This document shows positions 16,859 through 27,388 of a stretch of 64,000 nt of DNA, in pieces. How positions within the stretch are numbered: position 1 is the first letter of the stretch; every line of letters starts with the position of its first letter. The stretch spans positions 256,001 to 320,000 of the forward strand of contig CAVVOB010000030.1 of assembly GCA_963749655.1 (NCBI GenBank). The letters are read 5' to 3'. The stretch comes from Nitrospirota bacterium. Its GTDB lineage: Bacteria; Nitrospirota; UBA9217. The translations under genes and the position numbers were made by a program. Under the pieces are notes generated by a model. That model did no database searches. It was not told the origin of the DNA and saw only the letters and a list, made by a program, of their open reading frames with translations.

Positions 16859-17221
16859 GTGGCACAGAGCAAATTAAAATCCAGGCAAAGACGACACGTA
16901 CGAATCAGAAAAAAAGTGCTCGGAACCGCAAGCAGGCCGAGATTGAGCGTATTTAAAAGCTTAAGCCATATCTACGCGCAGATCATAGACGACGCCACGG
17001 GGACGACGCTCATTACCGCATCTACCACAGAGAAAACCCTCAAGGCGGGCATAAAGCACGGCGGTAACGTTGCAGCTGCAAAAGCTGTCGGCGCCAGCAT
17101 CGCGGATCGGGCGCTTGGCAAGAACATCAAGGCGGTTGTTTTTGATCGTGGTGGTTATCAGTATCACGGATGCGTCAAGGCATTGGCGGAAGCAGCCCGT
17201 GAAAAGGGGCTCAGTTTTTAG
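16859..17221 (+). CDS. rplR: 50S ribosomal protein L18
   Basis: [20 protein letters not shown]. Confidence 0.98.
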   Translation: MAQSKLKSRQRRHVRIRKKVLGTASRPRLSVFKSLSHIYAQIIDDATGTTLITASTTEKTLKAGIKHGGNVAAAKAVGASIADRALGKNIKAVVFDRGGYQYHGCVKALAEAAREKGLSF

Positions 17222-17247
17222 GACCAGCATTAATATCGGAGGCGGCA

Positions 17248-17763
17248 TTGGCAGAACGATACAACAATACAAAAGATGCGGGTGAGGGAGACGGGCTGAA
17301 GGACAAGCTTGTTTACCTGAACCGGGTCGCCAAAGTGGTAAAGGGCGGCAAGCGCTTTAATTTCAGCGCACTTGTGGTTGTGGGGGATGGCCACGGGAAA
17401 ATCGGTGTCGGCAAGGGGAAAGCAGCCGAGGCGCCAGTGGCTATCAAGAAGGCGGTTGAACGCGCCAAGAAGAATATGGTGCTCGTCTCTCTCAAGGGAG
17501 ATACTATCCCCCATGAGGTGCTGGGACATTATGGCGCGGGCAAGGTATTGCTCAAGCCCGCTTCCGAAGGTACCGGCTTGATTGCCGGCGGTGCAAGCAG
17601 GTCCGTGCTCGAAGTCGTCGGCGTTCGCAATGTGCTCTGTAAGTCCCTCGGATCCAGCAATCCTCACAACGTAGTAAGCGCAACGATAAACGGCTTGACC
17701 AGATTGCGCAGCGTTGAGCAGGTGGCGGCGCTTCGGGGTAGATCAGTGGAGGAGTTTGCTTAA
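17248..17763 (+). CDS. rpsE: 30S ribosomal protein S5
   Basis: [23 protein letters not shown]. Confidence 0.98.
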   Translation: MAERYNNTKDAGEGDGLKDKLVYLNRVAKVVKGGKRFNFSALVVVGDGHGKIGVGKGKAAEAPVAIKKAVERAKKNMVLVSLKGDTIPHEVLGHYGAGKVLLKPASEGTGLIAGGASRSVLEVVGVRNVLCKSLGSSNPHNVVSATINGLTRLRSVEQVAALRGRSVEEFA

Positions 17764-17764
17764 C

Positions 17765-17965
17765 ATGGCGAAGAGCGGAGAAAAGCTGCTGAAGATCACC
17801 CTCGTAAAGAGCGGGATTGCAAGACCGGGAAAGCACAAGGTCGTTTTGATTGGACTGGGCCTTAAAAAACTGAACAAATCGGTGGTACGACAGGATACAC
17901 CTCAGATTCGCGGCATGCTTAATAAGGTCAGTCATCTGATCCATGTTGAGGAAGTAACCAAATAA
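17765..17965 (+). CDS. rpmD: 50S ribosomal protein L30
   Basis: LKITLVKS...LGLKKLN...DTPQIRGM; start ATG 17765. Confidence 0.96.
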   Translation: MAKSGEKLLKITLVKSGIARPGKHKVVLIGLGLKKLNKSVVRQDTPQIRGMLNKVSHLIHVEEVTK

Positions 17966-17994
17966 TCGCCACGATCCAGGACAGGATTATCATT

Positions 17995-18435
17995 ATGAGA
18001 TTAGAAGAACTGAAACCCGCAAAAGGGTCAACAAAAAAATCAAAAAGAGTCGGCAGAGGCCCCGGTTCGGGATCGGGAAAAACGTCGGCAAAGGGTCACA
18101 AAGGTCAGAAGGCCCGGTCCGGCGGTGTGAAGGGAGCCGGATTTGAAGGCGGCCAGATGCCGCTTCAACGCAGGATTCCCAAAAGAGGATTTACGAATAT
18201 TTTCCGGAAGGAATATTCCGTCGTTAATCTATCGGATCTCGACAAGGTTGCAGGTTCCGGATCCGTGACGCCTGAATTGCTCATGCAGAACGGTTTGATC
18301 AAGGACCTGAAGGCGGGCGTGAAGATACTCGGCATGGGAGAGTGTAAAACGAAATTGACCGTGCGCGCCCACAAGTTCAGTAAAAGCGCCGTTGAAAAAA
18401 TCCAGGCCGCTGGCGGCAAGGTTGAGGTGATCTAA
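17995..18435 (+). CDS. rplO: 50S ribosomal protein L15
   Basis: [26 protein letters not shown]. Confidence 0.99.
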   Translation: MRLEELKPAKGSTKKSKRVGRGPGSGSGKTSAKGHKGQKARSGGVKGAGFEGGQMPLQRRIPKRGFTNIFRKEYSVVNLSDLDKVAGSGSVTPELLMQNGLIKDLKAGVKILGMGECKTKLTVRAHKFSKSAVEKIQAAGGKVEVI

Positions 18436-18438
18436 CCC

Positions 18439-19737
18439 TTGTTCACCGGCCTGAAGAACATATTCAATATCCCCGAACTCCGAAAGCGTATTGTTTTTAC
18501 GCTCTTGATGCTTGCTGTCTATCGCATTGGTGCACACATTCCGACCCCGGGCGTCAAGGGTGAGGCGCTCAGTCAGTTCCTTCATCAGTCTGCAGCCGGT
18601 CTGATGGGATTCTTTGATATGTTTTCAGGCGGTGCGCTGTCGAGAGTAACGATTTTCGCGCTGGGGATCATGCCGTATATTACGGCGTCTATCGTACTGC
18701 AATTGCTGACCGTCGTCATTCCGCGGCTGCAGGCGCTGGCGAAAGAGGGTGAATCCGGCCGAAAGAAAATCACGGAATATACCCGTTACGGCACTGTTCT
18801 CATCGCGGGCTTCCAATCATTCTGGATGGCTGTCGGCATCGAGAAGATGGGCGATGGCGCCTTCGTCGATTCAGCAGGCTGGTCATTCCGCATTCTTACC
18901 ATGATCACGCTGACAGCAGGGACGACCTTCATCATGTGGCTCGGCGAACAGATCACTGAGCGAGGCATCGGCAACGGGATTTCTTTGATCATTTTTGCGG
19001 GCATCGTTGCAGGCTTCCCCCGTGCGGTAACCAATACCATCGGGCTGGTGAGCTCCGGAGAAATTGCCTACTTCATGATTTTCGTCATCATCGCCTTGAT
19101 CATTTCCGTTGTCGCGGCGATTATCGTGATGGAGCGCGGTCAGCGCAAAATTGCGATTCAATATGCCCAGCGGATGGTAGGAAGAAAAATTTACAAAGGT
19201 CAGAGCACGCATCTCCCGCTTAAAATAAATTCGTCCGGGGTGATACCGCCGATCTTTGCATCTTCGATTTTGCTTTTTCCCGCTACCATCGCCGGATTCG
19301 TGCAGGTGGGCTGGCTTCAGTGGGTGGCCCAGCAGCTTTCCCCGGGGAAAGCGCTTTATACTATTGTCTACGTTGTCATGATTGTCGGATTTTCTTACTT
19401 CTACACGGCAATTGTGTTCAACCCCGTGGATATTGCAGACAACTTGAAGAAATATGGCGGATTTATTCCGGGGATCAGGCCGGGCAAGAAAACCTCGGAC
19501 TATCTCTTCAAGGTGTTGAACCGAATCACGCTCGGTGGGGCCTTGTACCTTGCGGCAGTATGCGTACTTCCTGATATTTTTTATAAGTTTTTTAACGTTC
19601 CCTTTTATTTCGGTGGGACGTCGCTGCTGATCGTGATCGGCGTCGCTCTCGATACGGTTTCCCAGATAGAGTCGCATTTAATTCAGAGACACTATGGAGG
19701 TTTCCTGAAAGGCGCTTCGATCAAAGGAAGACGTTAA
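18439..19737 (+). CDS. secY: preprotein translocase subunit SecY
   Basis: [33 protein letters not shown]. Confidence 0.99.
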   Translation: MFTGLKNIFNIPELRKRIVFTLLMLAVYRIGAHIPTPGVKGEALSQFLHQSAAGLMGFFDMFSGGALSRVTIFALGIMPYITASIVLQLLTVVIPRLQALAKEGESGRKKITEYTRYGTVLIAGFQSFWMAVGIEKMGDGAFVDSAGWSFRILTMITLTAGTTFIMWLGEQITERGIGNGISLIIFAGIVAGFPRAVTNTIGLVSSGEIAYFMIFVIIALIISVVAAIIVMERGQRKIAIQYAQRMVGRKIYKGQSTHLPLKINSSGVIPPIFASSILLFPATIAGFVQVGWLQWVAQQLSPGKALYTIVYVVMIVGFSYFYTAIVFNPVDIADNLKKYGGFIPGIRPGKKTSDYLFKVLNRITLGGALYLAAVCVLPDIFYKFFNVPFYFGGTSLLIVIGVALDTVSQIESHLIQRHYGGFLKGASIKGRR

Positions 19738-19751
19738 ATCCTGGAGCGGCC

Positions 19752-20501
19752 ATGATCATTCTCAAGTCCCTGCAAGAGATTGAAAAAATCAGGAAAGCCT
19801 GCCTTGTGGTAGCGGACGCACTCGAAGGGGTACGCGAAGCCCTACGGGCGGGTATCAGTACTCAGGCTCTTGATGATATAGCGGAACGAATTATCATCGC
19901 AGCCCACGCGAAGCCGGCATTCAAGGGGTACCGGGGATATCCCAAGACAGTGTGCACCTCGATTAACAATGAGGTCATCCACGGGATTCCATCCAAGGAT
20001 ATTGTCGTGCGCGATGGCGACATCGTCAGCGTAGATGTGGGAGCAATTGTAGATGGATTCTATGGGGATGCTGCAGTAACCCTGCCGGTTGGAGCGGTTA
20101 CCTCAGAAGCCGAACGACTGATTAAGGTAACCGAGGAATCTCTGTATCGAGGCATTGAGCAGGCAAGACCTGGCAGCAGACTGTATGACATTTCCTATGC
20201 TGTTCAGAGCCACGTTGAGTCCCATGGCTATTCGGTTGTACGGGAATTTGTAGGACACGGAATTGGCCGAAATCTGCATGAAGACCCGCAGATTCCCAAT
20301 TTTGGATCGCATGGACAGGGACCACGGATCAAGCAAGGCATGGTATTCGCAATCGAGCCTATGGTGAACCGGGGCGGAAGCGCTACAGTCGTCAAGGAGG
20401 ATGGATGGACAGCGGTTACCGCGGATGGAAGCCTGTCAGCGCATTTTGAACACACGATAGCGGTTATGCCGGATGGACCTTGGATCCTCACGAAGAAGTA
20501 A
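19752..20501 (+). CDS. map: methionine aminopeptidase type I
   Basis: HGIP, GHGIG...HEDP, AIEPM, SAHFEHT. Confidence 0.98.
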   Translation: MIILKSLQEIEKIRKACLVVADALEGVREALRAGISTQALDDIAERIIIAAHAKPAFKGYRGYPKTVCTSINNEVIHGIPSKDIVVRDGDIVSVDVGAIVDGFYGDAAVTLPVGAVTSEAERLIKVTEESLYRGIEQARPGSRLYDISYAVQSHVESHGYSVVREFVGHGIGRNLHEDPQIPNFGSHGQGPRIKQGMVFAIEPMVNRGGSATVVKEDGWTAVTADGSLSAHFEHTIAVMPDGPWILTKK

Positions 20502-20558
20502 TGGCGATACCTCCCGAGAGTATTGGGTTTAGGAAAGATTGACGGTACGCAAGATAAT

Positions 20559-20777
20559 ATGGCAAAAGAAGACTCCATAGAGGTTCAAGGTACGGTGCTC
20601 GAGACATTGCCCAATGCGATGTTTCGTGTGGAAATGGAAAATGGGCATAAAATTTTGGCGCACATTTCGGGGAAAATGCGGATGCACTTTATCAAGATAC
20701 TCCCCGGGGATAAGGTAACGGTTGAATTGACGCCCTATGATCTTACGCGGGGCAGGATAACGTATCGTTTTAAGTAA
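20559..20777 (+). CDS. infA: translation initiation factor IF-1
   Basis: [11 protein letters not shown]...LPNAMF...PYDLTRGRI; start ATG 20559. Confidence 0.99.
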   Translation: MAKEDSIEVQGTVLETLPNAMFRVEMENGHKILAHISGKMRMHFIKILPGDKVTVELTPYDLTRGRITYRFK

Positions 20778-20836
20778 AACAGGATGCCTTTGTGGCATTG
20801 ATGTTTATACCGCTAGAGAAATGGAAGTGTTGAGAT

Positions 20837-20950
20837 ATGAAAGTTCGCTCATCTGTTCGTAAAATATGCCCCAAGTGTACGATTATCCGCCGCAAGGGAA
20901 TTGTGAGGGTAATCTGCTCAAATGCTCGGCATAAGCAGCGTCAGGGTTAG
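20837..20950 (+). CDS. rpmJ: 50S ribosomal protein L36 (not in ORF track)
   Basis: Hand translation [37 protein letters not shown]. Confidence 0.98.
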   Translation: MKVRSSVRKICPKCTIIRRKGIVRVICSNARHKQRQG

Positions 20951-21051
20951 CAGGAAGCAGACGCAAGCGCATCGCTATTCATGAACTGTCATGTGAAACC
21001 GCTTTTGCTCGACGTGAAGCATAAGACGGTTCCGCTGACTGAGGAGGAAAC

Positions 21052-21444
21052 GTGGCACGAATTGCCGGGGTAGATCTCCCCAAAGATAAAAAAATCGAGA
21101 TTGCACTCACCTATATTTTCGGTATAGGTCCGACATCCGCAAAAAAAATTCTTGCAGAAGCCGGCATAGATCCGAATATGAAAAGCAGCAATCTGGCAGA
21201 GTCGGATATCGTTAAGATACGAACCATTCTCGATCGAGACTTTACCGTTGAGGGCGATCTTCGAAGAAATGTTACGATGCACATCAAACGGTTGATGGAT
21301 ATCGGAAGCTACCGTGGCCTCAGGCACCGCAAAGGATTGCCTGCACGAGGCCAGCGGACGAAGACAAATGCAAGGACGCGGAAAGGTCCTAAAAAGTCCG
21401 CCATGTCAGGCAAGGGCAAGAAAAAAGGGATGGCTAAGAAGTAA
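21052..21444 (+). CDS. rpsM: 30S ribosomal protein S13
   Basis: [23 protein letters not shown]. Confidence 0.99.
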   Translation: MARIAGVDLPKDKKIEIALTYIFGIGPTSAKKILAEAGIDPNMKSSNLAESDIVKIRTILDRDFTVEGDLRRNVTMHIKRLMDIGSYRGLRHRKGLPARGQRTKTNARTRKGPKKSAMSGKGKKKGMAKK

Positions 21445-21509
21445 AACGCAGGTGGCGACGCTGGTGGCCGGCATGAACCGGGACTCTGCGTCTTGAATGA
21501 GGAGGAAAG

Positions 21510-21884
21510 ATGGCCAAGAAGGGCAAGGAAAAAAAGAATGTGGCCAATGGAATTGCGCACATCCACGCGTCGTTCAATAACACTATTGTGACGATCACCG
21601 ATACCGCAGGCAATGTCATCACGTGGTCGAGTTCCGGGAATAAGGGCTTCAAGGGTTCGCGTAAAAGTACGCCCTTTGCCTCTCAGCTGGCCGCGGAAAC
21701 AGCCGCGAAAAAGGCCATGGAGCACGGCATGAGGCAGGTAGAGGTTTATGTTAAAGGTCCGGGAACAGGAAGAGAGTCGGCTATTCGGTCGATACAGGCT
21801 GCCGGGCTTGAAATCGTGGCAATCAAGGATGTCACGCCGATTCCGCACAATGGATGCAGGCCGCCAAAGCGGAGACGGGTATAG
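21510..21884 (+). CDS. rpsK: 30S ribosomal protein S11
   Basis: [29 protein letters not shown]. Confidence 0.99.
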   Translation: MAKKGKEKKNVANGIAHIHASFNNTIVTITDTAGNVITWSSSGNKGFKGSRKSTPFASQLAAETAAKKAMEHGMRQVEVYVKGPGTGRESAIRSIQAAGLEIVAIKDVTPIPHNGCRPPKRRRV

Positions 21885-21917
21885 TTTCGGCACAGGGCTA
21901 ACACAGGAGGAGTACAC

Positions 21918-22547
21918 GTGGCACGGTATATTGGATCAGTTTGTAAACTCTGCAGAAGAGAGGGAATGAAGCTTTTTCTGAAAGCGGAGCGCTGTTATAC
22001 TGACAAGTGCGGGATAACGCGGAGAAGCTATCCGCCGGGACAACACGGGCAGGCGAGGATCAAGCAGTCGGAATACAGCCTGCAGTTGCGTGAAAAACAG
22101 AAAATCCGTAGAGTCTATGGGGTGCTGGAGCGTCAATTCCGGAGCTGTTTTGAAAAAGCGGAACGGATGAAGGGCGTCACCGGTGACAATCTGCTTCAGC
22201 TTTTGGAGCGCAGACTCGATAACGTGGTCCAGCGCATGGGGTTTGCCGGCGCGAAAAAAGAAGCACGGCAGTTTGTTCGTCACGGCCACATTCTGGTAAA
22301 CGGCAAGAAGGTCAACATTCCATCCTATCTCCTCAAAGCCGGCGATGTTGTGGAGTTGCGGGAAAAGAGCAGGGGCATTGTCCAGATTCAGCAGACGCTC
22401 GCCGCTGTTGAGAAGCGAGGATTTCCGTCATGGCTGGAGATTGACAAGACCCAATTCAGGGGGAAAGTACTCTCATTGCCTGCTCGGGACGAGTGCACGT
22501 TGCCGACCGTGAAAGAGCAGCTTGTCGTCGAGCTCTACTCGAAGTAA
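21918..22547 (+). CDS. rpsD: 30S ribosomal protein S4
   Basis: [24 protein letters not shown]. Confidence 0.99.
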   Translation: MARYIGSVCKLCRREGMKLFLKAERCYTDKCGITRRSYPPGQHGQARIKQSEYSLQLREKQKIRRVYGVLERQFRSCFEKAERMKGVTGDNLLQLLERRLDNVVQRMGFAGAKKEARQFVRHGHILVNGKKVNIPSYLLKAGDVVELREKSRGIVQIQQTLAAVEKRGFPSWLEIDKTQFRGKVLSLPARDECTLPTVKEQLVVELYSK

Positions 22548-22657
22548 TATCATCGGATCAGGTAATGTACCGCCGCCGAGGACTGCGTGGGCGCCCCTCA
22601 CCTGGGGTGCTCCTTGGTCTTTATTAATAAGTTTTTTCGCTCCGTTCTGGAGGACCC

Positions 22658-23680
22658 ATGCTCAAGAAAGCCAAAGATTTCCAGATGCCCAAGAAGCTTC
22701 AATACGATTCAAAAAAAATAAGCGACACATACGGGAAGTTCACGGCTGAGCCTTTGGAGCGCGGTTTTGGAACTACGTTGGGCAATTCCTTGCGTCGAGT
22801 TCTGTTATCCTCTTTGGAAGGATCAGCAATTACGTCCCTGAAAATTTCGGGAGTGCAGCACGAGTTCTCAAGCATACCGGGAGTTATCGAGGATACAACG
22901 GACCTGATTCTCAACCTCAAGGAAGTCAGGCTCAAACTGCATACGGACAAGCCTAAAACCTTATATCTCAGAGCCAAAGGTCCGGGCGAGGTCCTGGCTA
23001 AGGACATCGAGTCCGATGCGGAAGTGGAAATCCTGAACCCCGAGCTCCATCTTGCCACAATCGACAAAAACGGCAAGCTTGAACTGGAAATGCGCGCTCG
23101 TCGAGGCAGAGGGTATGTATCCTCTGATAAAAACAAGGAGCCCGGCCAGGCGATTGGTGTCATTCCCATCGACTCGATCTTTTCTCCGATCAGGAAAGTG
23201 AATTTCAAGGTCGAGAATGCTCGCGTAGGGCAGGATACGGACTACGATAAGCTCGTCCTTGAAGTGTGGACCGACGGCAGTATTAAGCCTGATGACGCTG
23301 TTGCCCATGCGTCCAAGCTGCTGAAGGACCACTTGTCTATTTTCATACACTTGCCGGAGGAAGAAGAGGACGTTCCCGTCACGGAGGAAGAGATCAAGAA
23401 GGTGCCTGCGTTCAACGAGAACCTGCTTCGAAGTGTGAACGAGCTTGAACTTTCCGTTCGTGCGGCCAACTGTCTTAAAAATGCGGGAATAGAAACCATT
23501 GCCGAGATGGTTCAGAAAACCGAGAGCGAAATGCTGAAAACGAAAAATTTCGGAAGAAAATCCCTGAATGAAATAAAGGAAATTCTTTCGGAAATGGGCC
23601 TTTCACTCGGCATGAAAGTCGACGATAAAATCGTGGCGGAAGCCAGGCGTCTTCTGGCAGAAAAACCGAGCGAAGCGTAA
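22658..23680 (+). CDS. rpoA: RNA polymerase alpha subunit
   Basis: EPLERGFGTTLGNSLRRVLLSS, ELELSVRAANCL. Confidence 0.99.
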   Translation: MLKKAKDFQMPKKLQYDSKKISDTYGKFTAEPLERGFGTTLGNSLRRVLLSSLEGSAITSLKISGVQHEFSSIPGVIEDTTDLILNLKEVRLKLHTDKPKTLYLRAKGPGEVLAKDIESDAEVEILNPELHLATIDKNGKLELEMRARRGRGYVSSDKNKEPGQAIGVIPIDSIFSPIRKVNFKVENARVGQDTDYDKLVLEVWTDGSIKPDDAVAHASKLLKDHLSIFIHLPEEEEDVPVTEEEIKKVPAFNENLLRSVNELELSVRAANCLKNAGIETIAEMVQKTESEMLKTKNFGRKSLNEIKEILSEMGLSLGMKVDDKIVAEARRLLAEKPSEA

Positions 23681-23713
23681 CACTAATTAATACAGGTTGG
23701 TAAGGAAAATACT

Positions 23714-24124
23714 ATGAGACATGGATGCGCAGGCAGACAATTTGGCAGAAACACGGGTCACCGGAAAGCCCTCCTGAAGATGCTCGTGACAGCGCTGCTG
23801 AAGAACGAAAAAATCGAGACGACAACGGCCAAAGCAAAGGAAATTCGTCCTTTGGCGGAAAAAATGATCACGCTGGGCAAGAGGGGCGATCTGCATGCGA
23901 GACGTTTGGCGCAGAGTTTCATTCAGGACGAGTCTGTCGTGAGCAGCCTTTTTTCTAAAATTGCCCCGAGGTTTGCTTCCCGGCAGGGAGGGTATACAAG
24001 GATCACTCCGACTCGAAACCGCCCCGGTGATGCGGCCCCGATGGCAGTGATCGAGCTGGTCGAGCGCGAGCAGCCGTCGTCAAGCGGCGCCAAAAAATCC
24101 GCGGAAAAAACAACGGCAGCCTGA
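23714..24124 (+). CDS. rplQ: 50S ribosomal protein L17
   Basis: MRH...HRKA...[10 protein letters not shown]...GGYTRI. Confidence 0.99.
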   Translation: MRHGCAGRQFGRNTGHRKALLKMLVTALLKNEKIETTTAKAKEIRPLAEKMITLGKRGDLHARRLAQSFIQDESVVSSLFSKIAPRFASRQGGYTRITPTRNRPGDAAPMAVIELVEREQPSSSGAKKSAEKTTAA

Positions 24125-24235
24125 TTGCGGTAAGTCCCCAATTTTCAACCGATGGCTAAATCGTCTGTTCGATCAAGCGGCATAGGCATACGATCTCTGC
24201 ACTTATAGTCGCCGGAATTTCATACAACTGAGCTC

Positions 24236-24266
24236 AAAGGCAAGGGTATTAACCCTTGCCTTTTTT
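24236..24266 (+). terminator. intrinsic terminator of ribosomal superoperon
   Basis: AAAGGCAAGGGT-ATTA-ACCCTTGCCTTT plus T tract. Confidence 0.9.
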
Positions 24267-24273
24267 ATTTGCA

Positions 24274-24302
24274 TTTACACAAAATTGCTTTTGTGTTAAA
24301 AT
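24274..24302 (+). promoter_or_regulatory. sigma70 promoter of signalling cluster with palindrome in spacer
   Basis: TTTACA-17-TAAAAT with extended -10 TG; ACACAAAA-TTGC-TTTTGTGT at 24277-24296. Confidence 0.6.
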
Positions 24303-24331
24303 GCCATTCGCGTCGCTGTCAGCGGAGAACC

Positions 24332-26435
24332 ATGGCAGAGGAAATAAGCATAGTCTCGCCTTTCATGTCGCGGGTGCGACGAGCAGCTTCCCGGTGGTGG
24401 GGCGGAATCGGGTGCCGCGTTTCTTTTTTCATGATGGTCGCGCTCATTCTTGTCGCGGCGCTTGTAGGCTCCTTTTTTTTCTGGGAAGAAAAGAAGAACC
24501 TTGATACCGAGATTCGAGGCAGAGCACTGTACGTGGCGCGTGAACTTGCAGCGCTGGCCGCAGACGACATCGTAACCGGCAACCGGTCCGAACTCTATAA
24601 GAAAATTTCCTCCTCCCTTTGTCGCCCACGAAGATTCCCCAGCCGGACGAACCCTCCTTTACTTGATGATTTATGACCGCGATTGTGAGCTCCTGATCGG
24701 AAGTACCGCGAACGAAGTCTTTTTCAACAGCGGTTCATATTTTTACACGCTCCCGTCAGAAAAGAGCGCGGTCCGTGATGAGGTCCAGCTGAAGTGCGAT
24801 CTTGAACAGTTGAACGAACCTTTCTTTACCGTTAAGAAGAATAATGTCTATGACCTGATTCTGCCGATTGCCGATGGAAAGATTACGGTGGGTTATGTGC
24901 GGGTCGGCATTTCAGGACAGCGGTTCGAGCAGCGATTCTCCGCTATCATGAAAAGAGCGGCTGTCGCGCTATTCGGCATCCTGCTCGTGGGGATGGCGTT
25001 CAGTCAGATCATCGCGCACGGCATAACAAAGCCGATCCAGCAGTTGAGCGATGCCGCAGAGAAGCTCAGCCAGCAGAATTGGGACGCACCGCTTCCTGTC
25101 AAAGGAGACGATGAACTGAGCAAGCTGGGGCACACTTTTAACCAAATGGCTCAGACGCTGAAGCAGCGGGAAGCAAGCCTTTCGAGGGGAAACCGGGACC
25201 TGTTCATTCTGCATACCACCGGTTTGGACCTCATGGAGAGCCTGGATCGGAACGCTCTTATCATTAAGGTGGCTGCACGAGTTGAAGATCTTGTGCGTGC
25301 GGATACGACAGCACTGTCTGTTGTGGATTCATCGGACCGGGTACTTACTTATTTGGGCGTGTACGGGCACAGGGCTAGAGTTCTGAAGGAGCGGGAACTC
25401 CCGATCGAGGCCGGCGGCATCTACAATTGGCTTGCGAGTTACGGAACCCCGCTTTTGATTTCGGACGCACAATCCGATTTTCGCCTCGACGGAGATTTGA
25501 TGCGCTCGCTCGGGGTGAGAAGCCTCATGGCTGTACCGCTGTGGTCGTCAAACACGATGATCGGGCTGCTCACGGCAGTGAATAAGAATGGCGGAGCTTG
25601 CTTTGACAAGCATGATCTAAGACTGTTCACGGTTTTCTCCAACCTCGTGTCAGCGGCACTGCAGAATGCGTCGCTCTATAACGACCTGAAGAACAAAATG
25701 GATGAGCTGAAGACAGCCCAGGAACAGCTTGTACGGTCTACCAAGATGGCGGCCATCGGAGAGCTGTCGGCCAATGTCGCACACGAGATAAATAATCCGC
25801 TGACGAGTGTCCTCGGGTATACAACGCACTTGTTGAAAACACTGGAGATGCCTGAACCGTCGAGAAAGATACTCGGGATGATGGAGCAGGAGACGCTCAG
25901 GGTCCGAAAAATAATCAGAAACCTTCTTGATTTCGCCCGTCAGCGGCCGGCATGGATGCGGCCCGAGGATGTGTCGATACCGCTTCGGGAAACGGTCGCT
26001 CTTTTCCAGGGAATCGCTCGCGATACATCCGTTGTCATTCGTGAAGATTATCAGCCTGGGCCGATTCTCGTAAATATGGATCATAATGAAATTAAGCAGG
26101 TCTTCATCAACATCGTCAATAACGCTCTCCAGGCCATGGAGGAGGGAGGGGAATTGAACATCCGCATGTACGGCCTGGACGAGAGCAATATTGTGATTGA
26201 GTTCCGGGATACCGGCACCGGCATCGAGCCGAAGCATCTCCATAGGATCTTTGAACCATTCTTTTCCACAAAAAACAACGGCGACGGAACGGGACTGGGG
26301 CTGTCCATCAGTTATCGCATTGTGCAGCATCATGGAGGGAGAATCGAGACGGAAAGCGTACCCGGGCACGGCACCACGTTCAAGGTTGTTCTTCCCCGGC
26401 ATCGTCACGTCTCGACAGCAGAGCAGTCACTATGA
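24332..26435 (+). CDS. membrane sensor histidine kinase (TM-periplasmic-TM-HAMP-GAF-HisKA-HATPase); frameshift near 24610
   Basis: ATG 24332 after GGAG; TM1 in the first frame, remainder in ORF 24663..26435; H-box AHEINNPL, DTGTG, FEPFFST, GTGLGL. Confidence 0.88.
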
Positions 26436-26451
26436 GCGAGGCGAGGGAAAT

Positions 26452-27375
26452 ATGAAGCGGATCAACTTCATGATTGCGGTCATCATGGTTCTGTCAATGT
26501 CACTGGGCTCCTGCCAGAAGGACAAAACTGATAGCAGGGATGACAAAAAAGTACAGGCTCAGCAGGAGCTGCTGATCGGACTGATTCCCGAGCAGAATGT
26601 GTTCCGGCAACGCGAACGCTACATGGCCTTGCGGAAGTATCTGACCGACAGGCTCGGCATCACCGTGAATTTTACGAGTCTCAGCAGGTACGGGAACATT
26701 CTCGAGCGTTTCACAACAGAAAAAATGGATGGAGCCTTTTTTGGCAGTTTTACCTTTGGCTTGGCCTACAGCCAGATAGGCGTTGAGCCGGTCGCAAGGC
26801 CGGTGAATCTTGACGGCACCTCCACCTACCACGGATACCTGTTTGTTCGAAAAGACAGCGGTATCCGCAGTGCAGCGGATATGCGCGGCAAACGCTTCGT
26901 GTTCGTCGATCGGGCGACGACAGCAGGCTATCTGTTTCCCCTCGCCTGGTTCAGGGAGAAAGGGGTTGCAGATCTGCGAAGCTATCTGGGAGAAACGTTC
27001 TTTGCCGGGAGTCATGACGCAGCCATTCTGGCTGTGTTGAACAGGGAAGCCGATATCGGTGCGGCAAAAAATACGATTTACGATCAGCTGGCATCGGAGA
27101 ACCCCCGTCTCAACAACGAACTGGCTATTCTGGCGACGTCCGGAGTTGTCCCTCAAAACTGTCTCGCAGTTCGCAAGAACCTCGATCCGGAGGTGAAAAG
27201 CGCCCTGAAAAAGGTCCTTGTGGAAATGGATCGGGACCGGGAAGGTGTGGAAGTACTGCGTCGGTTTGGTGCACGGGGTTTCGTCGAAACAAACAACACC
27301 GACTTCGCTTATCTGTATAAACTGACGTCGGAAGTCGGAATCGATCTGAAAACGTACCGGTACAGAAACGAATGA
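26452..27375 (+). CDS. PhnD/phosphonate-binding-like periplasmic lipoprotein
   Basis: Lipobox LGSC after ATG 26452; IGLIPEQ, Y..YLFVRKDS, DRATTAGYLFP, GSHDAAILAV. Confidence 0.85.
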   Translation: MKRINFMIAVIMVLSMSLGSCQKDKTDSRDDKKVQAQQELLIGLIPEQNVFRQRERYMALRKYLTDRLGITVNFTSLSRYGNILERFTTEKMDGAFFGSFTFGLAYSQIGVEPVARPVNLDGTSTYHGYLFVRKDSGIRSAADMRGKRFVFVDRATTAGYLFPLAWFREKGVADLRSYLGETFFAGSHDAAILAVLNREADIGAAKNTIYDQLASENPRLNNELAILATSGVVPQNCLAVRKNLDPEVKSALKKVLVEMDRDREGVEVLRRFGARGFVETNNTDFAYLYKLTSEVGIDLKTYRYRNE

Positions 27376-27388
27376 CGGGAACCTCTCG

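Noticed and set aside
26452-27375. AioX arsenite sensor or true phosphonate transporter PhnD
   Set aside because: No Cys at the position where I expect the AioX ligand, no aio genes and no phnC/phnE nearby.
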